Shown here: in pieces, positions 1-8,564 of the stretch
Position numbering within the stretch: the first letter of the stretch is position 1
How the letters are laid out: every line of letters starts with the position of its first letter
Source of the DNA: Octopus vulgaris
Taxonomy: Eukaryota
DNA: 8,564 nucleotides
Assembly: GCA_951406725.2 (NCBI GenBank)
Contig: CATOCA020000073.1
Coordinates: 1 to 8,564, forward strand
Direction: 5' to 3'
Position numbers and translations under genes: made by a program
The notes under the pieces: model-generated
The model's input: only the letters and a program-made list of their open reading frames with translations
Told to the model about the DNA's origin: nothing
The model's database searches: none

Positions 1-1
1 A

Positions 2-313
2 CGATTTGAGAAGGATCGCTGGGAATCCATCAGGTCCAGCAGCTGAGTTTGTGTCAATCTCATCAATGGCTAGTGTGATATCATCTTCTTCGATGTTGAT
101 GTACTCAATTTTTGTCTCTTTGGCCGCTGGTAAAGTGGCAAAGAATTCTTCTGGGTTGTTTACTTGCCTGTGTCCTAGAGGTGTAGTGAACACACTTTGG
201 AACTGTTCGTTCAGTATTTCACTTATCCTCGTGGGATTTCCTGTGAGAGAGCCATCTTTTTGGAAGAGAGGTGCTATTCTCTGGTGCACTGTGGCTGTCT
301 CTTTGGCAAACTT
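2..313 (-). pseudogene. Frameshifted continuation of ORF2 (pre-reverse-transcriptase region), open to the window edge
   Basis: Manual translation gives 104 codons without a stop: KFAKETATVHQRIAPLFQKDGSLTGNPTRISEILNEQFQSVFTTPLGHRQVNNPEEFFATLPAAKETKIEYINIEEDDITLAIDEIDTNSAAGPDGFPAILLKS. The GPDG motif normally lies just before the RT core. Confidence 0.88.
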
Positions 314-1487
314 AAAAGAAAGCTTTAGGGTTTGATTTTATATTTTCTATTACCCAAGCTTCTTTATCTGCTCTCTCCTTTTCATGGGACTGATGTAGAC
401 TTTTCTCAGTTTCCGTTAGCATTCTTTCGAGCCGAGACTTCTCACCACTTTTGGTGTGCTTGCTCAGGCGGTTTGCAATCCTTGTCCGTCGTCTCATAAG
501 AATCCTCCTTTCTCTAGGGATCCTGTTTTTGTTCTTGTGTGTGCTGGCCCTGCACATTGGGACATATTTGTCACATATGGCTTGTATTATGGACATGAAG
601 TGTTTGTGTTTCATGTTTATGTCCGGTGTGGAGAGACATTCAGGCCAATCCTGTTTGAGGATCTCTTTCTCAATCGACTTCCAGTTGGCTTTATGAAAGT
701 TTAAGTTGGAGAGATAGTAGGTGCTTCGTATAGGCTGTGTGTCTGCGGGGGCATTTGTTCCATACATAGACAGCTCTATTATGTTGTGATCCGAGATCAT
801 TGTCGGCATCACATTAACATTATGGATAATATCCATATTGTTTGTGAAGCAGAGATCCAGTATATTATCTGTCCTTGTTGGTTGCAGAACTATTTGCTCC
901 ATGAAAGAGGTATTTGTGAGATGGAGCAGGGACTCCACCTGTGCCTGCTGATGGTGTGTCATCCCTGGGAGCATCTGCCCCCCAGGCCATTCCACATTGG
1001 GGAGGTTAAAGTCACCCATGAAGAATACACTGTTGTGCTGTTCAAGGTTGGTGAGGACTTCTCCTATTTTTGTTAGGCAGTCTTCAAACATGCCTGAGTG
1101 TTTTGGGGCGTCTGGTGGGCGATATGTAGTGCATATGACGATATTCAGTTGTCTTATGTGTACAATTTGAGTTTCACATACTGAGTTTGAATATGACAGC
1201 AGGACCTGGGGCGTGAGGTCATCTCGGATGTACATTGCAACTCCACCATGGCTCCTCCCTTTTCTATCTGTGCGTATGACTGCATATTGCGGCATGTGTA
1301 TTTCTGCATCACCTATATCGGGTTCAAGATGCGTTTCTGTGAGTGCCATGCATATAGCTTGATTGCATGTCACAAGGTCTCTCAGGAATGAAATTTTCTT
1401 TTTACAGTTTCCGCGCAGCAGCCCTCCTACATTCAGTAGAAATATTTTTGTGGTGTGTGTGTTGGTGTTGGTGTCTGTGGTGGCCAT
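312..1487 (-). CDS. LINE ORF2 N-terminal part: apurinic/apyrimidinic-like (APE) endonuclease domain plus linker
   Basis: The track ORF 312..1580 carries all APE motifs in order: IFLLNVGGL, ALTETHL, DRKGRSHGGVAMYI, YRPP, MGDFNLP, PTRTDNILDLCFTN, ISDHNII. The first in-frame ATG is at 1487 (MATTD...). The TAA at 314-312 results from an extra base in the A4 run at 314-317. Confidence 0.92.
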   Translation of the reverse strand: MATTDTNTNTHTTKIFLLNVGGLLRGNCKKKISFLRDLVTCNQAICMALTETHLEPDIGDAEIHMPQYAVIRTDRKGRSHGGVAMYIRDDLTPQVLLSYSNSVCETQIVHIRQLNIVICTTYRPPDAPKHSGMFEDCLTKIGEVLTNLEQHNSVFFMGDFNLPNVEWPGGQMLPGMTHHQQAQVESLLHLTNTSFMEQIVLQPTRTDNILDLCFTNNMDIIHNVNVMPTMISDHNIIELSMYGTNAPADTQPIRSTYYLSNLNFHKANWKSIEKEILKQDWPECLSTPDINMKHKHFMSIIQAICDKYVPMCRASTHKNKNRIPRERRILMRRRTRIANRLSKHTKSGEKSRLERMLTETEKSLHQSHEKERADKEAWVIENIKSNPKAFF

Positions 1488-2065
1488 CCTGCATCTGTTG
1501 GAGGTGGCCTTATGTGGTGGTAGTTCCAGCTTTGTGCTTGTAGCCAGGTCAGCTGCTGAACAATTTTTTGTGCCATGCACAAAAAGACTGCTGTTCAGCT
1601 GCCGCCCTTCTCACATCTGGGTGAAGCTGGCCACCTGTTGGGTTTCTGCTCACCACATCTGTATACCGTCTTTCAGTAGTGGTCAGTGCGCTTTTTTCCC
1701 TTCTTTTAACTTTTTGTTTTGTTTTTGTTCTCCCTGAGGGGGAGAACTGTCTAACGTCCGTGCGGTTTTGGTAGGGCCTCCGATGTGCAAAGCGACAGTT
1801 TGCACCTTCAACGCCGTACCAGCAGACCCCCTCAGGTAGAATTTGCAGGTGTTTCTTTCCCTGGCCTTACAGTTTTGCTGGGGTCCCTCTGATTTCTCTG
1901 GACAGGGCTTCCTTTAGCCTTGATTCTGTCACCCATTACCTCCTGCTTCCCATCAATTCCAGGGTGCCTTTCCTTTCTTGCGGCCATCGCACCTCTTTGG
2001 TCTTCAGTTGTGGTGTTGGAAGCTGGACATGTGTCATCGTTTCCCTGTGTTCCAGGCTTCTCCAT
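1433..2065 (-). pseudogene. Putative LINE ORF1 (about 211 aa after repairing three 1-nt deletions) with a CCCH-type zinc finger
   Basis: Pieces in successive frames: [11 protein letters not shown]...KTVRPGK, then [10 protein letters not shown], then [18 protein letters not shown]...RRYTDVVSRNP...EQQSF, then LCMAQKIVQQLTWLQ...PQKYFY* (TGA 1435-1433). Each join needs one extra base in a homopolymer (about 1856-1858, 1827-1831, 1581-1585). The position of the first join is not uniquely fixed. The start may be 5'-truncated. Confidence 0.62.
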
Positions 2066-2114
2066 TTGGCTTTGGATGCTTTCCTCATCATGTGTATATA
2101 TATATCCAGTGTAT

Positions 2115-2285
<171 letters not shown>

Positions 2286-2398
2286 TACATATATATACAC
2301 ATACACATATATACATATATATACACACATATATACATATATATACACATATATATATATATACACATATATATACACATATATATATATTTATATAT

Positions 2399-2607
<209 letters not shown>

Positions 2608-2640
2608 TATACATATATATATATATACATATATATATAT

Positions 2641-2691
<51 letters not shown>

Positions 2692-2710
2692 TATATATAT
2701 ATACATATAT

Positions 2711-2927
<217 letters not shown>

Positions 2928-2932
2928 TACAC

Positions 2933-3035
<103 letters not shown>

Positions 3036-3160
3036 TATATTTATATATATACATATATATATATACATATATATATACATATATATATACATATATATAT
3101 ATACATATATATATATACATATATATATATACATATATATATATACATATATATATATAC

Positions 3161-3195
<35 letters not shown>

Positions 3196-3196
3196 A

Positions 3197-3265
3197 AATA
3201 AATATAAGAGAGTGGTCACTATATGGCTCACTCTAGCACCAGTTAATCCAAAAGGTTTCAACCAC
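3197..3265 (+). other. Short unique island: AATAAA, hairpin and GTTAATCCA...TCAACC; possible 3' tail remnant of a Penelope-like repeat
   Basis: AATAAA at 3197-3202. Hairpin AGAGTG-GTCA-ctata-TGGC-t-CACTCT at 3209-3234. The layout parallels 7806-7872. Confidence 0.35.
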
Positions 3266-3269
3266 ATAC

Positions 3270-3302
<33 letters not shown>

Positions 3303-3359
3303 CATATACATATATATATATATACATACATATACATATATATATATACATACATATAC

Positions 3360-3434
<75 letters not shown>

Positions 3435-3435
3435 C

Positions 3436-3466
<31 letters not shown>

Positions 3467-3467
3467 C

Positions 3468-3584
<117 letters not shown>

Positions 3585-3595
3585 TACATATATAT

Positions 3596-4488
<893 letters not shown>

Positions 4489-4550
4489 TATATACATATA
4501 TATATATATACATATATATATTTACATATATATATATACATATATATATT

Positions 4551-4650
<100 letters not shown>

Positions 4651-4651
4651 A

Positions 4652-5059
4652 GGCGCAGGAGTGGCTGTGTGGTAAGTAGCTTGCTAACCAACCACATGGT
4701 TCCGGGTTCAATCCCACTGCGTGGCATCTTGGGCAAGTGTCTTCTACTATAGCCCCGGGCCGACCAATGCCTTCTGAGTGGATTTGGTAGACGGAAACTG
4801 AAAGAAGCCCGTCGTATATATGTATATATATATGTGTTTATGTGTTTGTGTGTCTGTGTTTGTCCCCCCCCAACATCGCTTGACAACCGATGCTGGTGTG
4901 TTTACGTCCCGTTACTTAGCGGTTCGGCAAAAGAGACCGATAGAATAAGTACTGGGATTACAAAGAATAAGTCCCAGGGTCACATTGCTCGACTAAAGGC
5001 GGTGCTCCAGCATGGCTTCGCAGTCAAATGACTGAAACAAGTAAAGAAAGTAAAAGAGA

Positions 5060-5060
<1 letters not shown>
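4652..5060 (+). mobile_element. Full-length tRNA-derived SINE (about 410 bp) resembling octopus OK/OR-type SINEs; subfamily not assigned
   Basis: tRNA-like head with Pol III A and B boxes, a CORE-like CTTGGGCAAGT (4728-4738), an internal TA/TG tract (about 4815-4863), a 3' stem-loop CAGTC-aaat-GACTG (5021-5034) and an A-rich AGTAAAG-like repeated tail. The family resemblance is from memory, not from a search. Confidence 0.9.
4662..4715 (+). promoter_or_regulatory. Internal RNA polymerase III type-2 promoter of the SINE (A box and B box)
   Basis: A box TGGCTGTGTGG at 4662-4672 (one mismatch to TGGCNNAGTGG). B box GGTTCAATCCC at 4705-4715 (matches GGTTCRANNCC). Spacing is tRNA-like. Confidence 0.85.
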
Positions 5061-6567
<1,507 letters not shown>

Positions 6568-6876
6568 CTAGACCTCCTAAAGTGTAGACACGAATCTGTA
6601 GGTACGAGTACGTATGTGTATATACGTGAACGTATGTAGATGTTTGTATGTATGAATATAACGCGTGCGTACGTGTATGTGTATAGAGTGTACGAATGGG
6701 TGTGAATGTACGTGCTAATGAATGTGCGTTTGGGAATGAGTACTTGCCTTCTAGTAGACAGACAAATGGACATGCTGCCATAGCCAGGATCCCTTAGCTC
6801 TAGCGATGAAAGATAACAAAAGTAATAAATGAAGATAATAAAATTAAAATTAGGGGAATGGGCCTGTATTGGATTG

Positions 6877-6911
<35 letters not shown>

Positions 6912-7006
6912 ATGTGTAGGTATGTATAGGTACACATGTGTATGTGTATGTGTATGTATGTGTGTATATGTATGTATGTGCACACATGTATATATATGTA
7001 TGCGTG

Positions 7007-7044
<38 letters not shown>

Positions 7045-7344
7045 TATGTGTATGTGGGTGTATGTATATATAGGTGTAAATATGTGTATATATATAGGAA
7101 CTAGGTGTGTTGTGTGTGCATGAGTGTATGTGCGTATGAATATATATTTTTCTGTGTATATATGTATGTGTGGTGTACGTAGGTATATATATACATGTGT
7201 GTATGCGTGCATGCATGGGAGTGAGTGTATGCATATATACGTGTGTGTATGTGTAGACAGGTATATACATGTGCATGTGTATCAATTTGTATATGTGGGC
7301 GGGTGTATGTATGTGTGTATGTAGATATGTATATATATGTGTAT

Positions 7345-7384
<40 letters not shown>

Positions 7385-7459
7385 ATATATATATGTGTGT
7401 AGATACGTATACATATGTGTATAGGTATAACTGAGAATCTCCTTATTTACCTATAACTC

Positions 7460-7509
<50 letters not shown>

Positions 7510-7600
7510 TTATATATATTTTATTTTTATTTATTTTTTTTATATTTTTTTTTATTTTTATTTATTTTTTTTAATTTTTTTAATTTTATTTTTTTAATTT
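6877..7600. repeat. Degenerate (TG/TA)n purine-pyrimidine repeat, then (TA)n and a T-rich low-complexity tract
   Basis: Directly visible. A short unique stretch lies at about 7430-7470 and the T-rich run at about 7505-7600. Confidence 0.93.
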
Positions 7601-7714
7601 ATCTATTCTTTCATCTAACTTACCACTGACTCCTTCGGCCTCCCCCAAGTATGATATTTTGCGCTATGCCTACCCCCAAAAAGTCCCCCACCACTCCTTA
7701 AACCTGCCTAAATG

Positions 7715-7721
7715 TATAAAT
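7715..7721 (+). promoter_or_regulatory. Candidate TATA box upstream of the hammerhead
   Basis: TATAAAT starts 29 nt before stem I, so a Pol II start would fall at the ribozyme 5' end. The motif alone is weak in AT-rich DNA. Confidence 0.4.
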
Positions 7722-7743
7722 GCTAATACAATTCATGTTAAAT

Positions 7744-7795
7744 AGCTTCCTGAAGATTTCTCTTAGATGAGAACAGTACTAGTCCTGTAGAAGCT
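7744..7795 (+). ncRNA. Minimal type I hammerhead ribozyme motif (one A short in the GAAA core as assembled)
   Basis: Stem I AGCTTC (7744-7749) pairs perfectly with GAAGCT (7790-7795). Core CTGAAGA at 7750-7756. Weak stem II at 7757-7770. GAAC instead of GAAAC at 7771-7774. Stem III ACAG...CTGT lies within the near-palindrome ACAGTACTAGTCCTGT (7773-7788). Cleavage triplet GTA at 7787-7789. Confidence 0.7.
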
Positions 7796-7805
7796 CCTTC
7801 TATAT

Positions 7806-7811
7806 AATAAA
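7806..7811 (+). promoter_or_regulatory. Candidate polyadenylation signal AATAAA downstream of the hammerhead
   Basis: AATAAA lies 10 nt after stem I'. It is supported only by context. Confidence 0.4.
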
Positions 7812-7882
7812 TTAATTTTACTCAGCTATGTATTGAGTACCTTACTTACTGTGGTTAACCCACGAATCAACCCGGGACCTAC

Positions 7883-7887
7883 ATATA

Positions 7888-7940
<53 letters not shown>
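7883..7940. repeat. (TA)n microsatellite between the PLE-like fragment and LINE copy B
   Basis: Directly visible. Confidence 0.95.
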
Positions 7941-7942
<2 letters not shown>

Positions 7943-8564
7943 TGATTGATTGATTGATTCTAGTTTCAGCTTATGAGCTGTGGCCATGCTGGTGCCATTT
8001 GGTGTTGCTACTTGGTTTCACTTCATGGAGGCTTTCTAGCAACTGCTATATTGGTGCATGAGAGAGTTCGATGCAGCTGCCTCATCTACCACCCTCCTGC
8101 CGTGAAGTTGGTTCATCTGGGACACCTGACAGGAAGAGATCCAGCTTCATATTTTAAAGACATCTGTATCCACCATGCAGGTCTCTCAGGTTCTTCGGGA
8201 GGATATTGAAGAGCTATTGGGCCTCGGAAGCCCAGGCTATCACAGAATCTTGTCCTACATCTTGATGGAAGGTTTGGAGTCCTAGGCACCACGCAGTGGC
8301 AACCCGGATTCTGGCATTTGCGTAACTCTCGATGCCAAAGTTTCAGGACACTTCCCTCCAGGATCTTCCAGATGTATATTATGGCATATCTTTCCCGCCT
8401 AATATAATATAATTTTAATGTCTTGAGTCTTTCCCAGTAGCACATTCTGCATAGAATATCTATCTTTGTGTAGCTTCGTTATCGCCTCAATTTTATCAAC
8501 TTACATATGATGACCATATAGAGCAATTAAGTGGCTTATACAAGTGTCTATCCAGAGGACCATC
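7941..8564 (-). mobile_element. CR1-type LINE copy B: 3' end with ORF2 C-terminus, short 3' UTR, terminal stem-loop and (ATCA)n tail; runs off the right edge
   Basis: CR1-type C-terminal peptides, a terminal hairpin CAGCT-cata-AGCTG (7980-7967) and a tandem tetranucleotide tail seen as (ATTG)n at 7941-7959. CR1 elements typically end in a hairpin plus microsatellite rather than poly(A). Confidence 0.9.
8023..8564 (-). pseudogene. Multiply frameshifted C-terminus of LINE ORF2 (post-RT region)
   Basis: Fragments across frames: YWERLKTLKLY, RRERYAIIYIWKILEG, NFGIESYANAR, HCVVPRTPNLPSRCRTRFCDSLGFRGP, LFNILPKNLRDLHG, KLDLFLSGVPDEPT, AAASNSLMHQ. Likely stop TGA at 8025-8023. Confidence 0.85.

Larger units (their letters stand above)
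1..2110 (-). mobile_element. Non-LTR retrotransposon (CR1-type LINE), copy A: 5' part with ORF1 plus the endonuclease and linker of ORF2; runs off the left edge
   Basis: APE endonuclease motifs are followed by CR1-type linker motifs (KSNPKAFF-KFAK, ILNEQFQSVFT, SAAGPDGFPAILLK), with an upstream overlapping ORF1-like region. The 5' boundary merges into (TA)n at about 2090-2110. Confidence 0.92.
7600..7882 (+). mobile_element. Penelope-like element pseudo-LTR / retrozyme-like fragment
   Basis: Ordered TATAAAT (7715-7721), hammerhead fold (7744-7795), AATAAA (7806-7811) and small hairpins (7819-7839, 7851-7863). Minimal type I hammerheads with palindromic stem III are a known feature of Penelope-like element repeats. 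No PLE coding sequence is seen and the boundaries are approximate. Confidence 0.6.

Noticed and set aside
6-1737. Plus-strand ORFs 6..335, 451..696, 456..704, 786..1076 and 1363..1737
   Set aside because: They are antisense shadows of the LINE ORFs with no recognisable motifs.
1936-2091. Alternative ORF1 start [15 protein letters not shown]... (minus strand)
   Set aside because: It stops at 1936 without linking to the zinc finger. The frame starting at ATG 2065 stays open up to the finger, though the true start remains uncertain.
3209-3236. Helitron 3' end (hairpin plus CTAG)
   Set aside because: The CTAG overlaps the hairpin stem instead of lying about 10-12 nt downstream, and unique sequence continues beyond it.
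4652-4725. Genuine tRNA gene
   Set aside because: A and B boxes are present but there is no clean anticodon arm or oligo-T terminator, and the sequence continues into a SINE body and tail.
7973-8209. Plus-strand 78-aa ORF, and the 65-aa ORF at 4834..5031
   Set aside because: The first is antisense to LINE copy B and the second is internal to the SINE. Neither has coding support.

Overview
Eukaryotic, repeat-saturated window with no host gene. It is probably from an octopus-type cephalopod, an inference from a SINE I recognise and the huge (TA)n tracts. About 60% is (TA)n/(CA)/(TG) microsatellite, which produces the many spurious Ile-Tyr ORFs. Four retroelement pieces are embedded in it. (1) A minus-strand CR1-type LINE (about 2110 to beyond base 1) has an intact-looking APE endonuclease ORF2 broken by one homopolymer frameshift, and a hidden ORF1 split over three frames that contains a CCCH zinc finger. 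(2) A full-length tRNA-derived SINE lies at 4652-5060. (3) A Penelope-like pseudo-LTR fragment (about 7600-7882) has a TATA box, a minimal type I hammerhead ribozyme fold (7744-7795) and AATAAA. (4) The 3' end of a second CR1-type LINE (7941 to beyond 8564, minus strand) has a terminal motif and stem-loop shared with the SINE 3' end, with compensatory changes, suggesting a LINE/SINE partner pair. Several lesions are single-base homopolymer indels, so long-read error is a real possibility. No database search was run.
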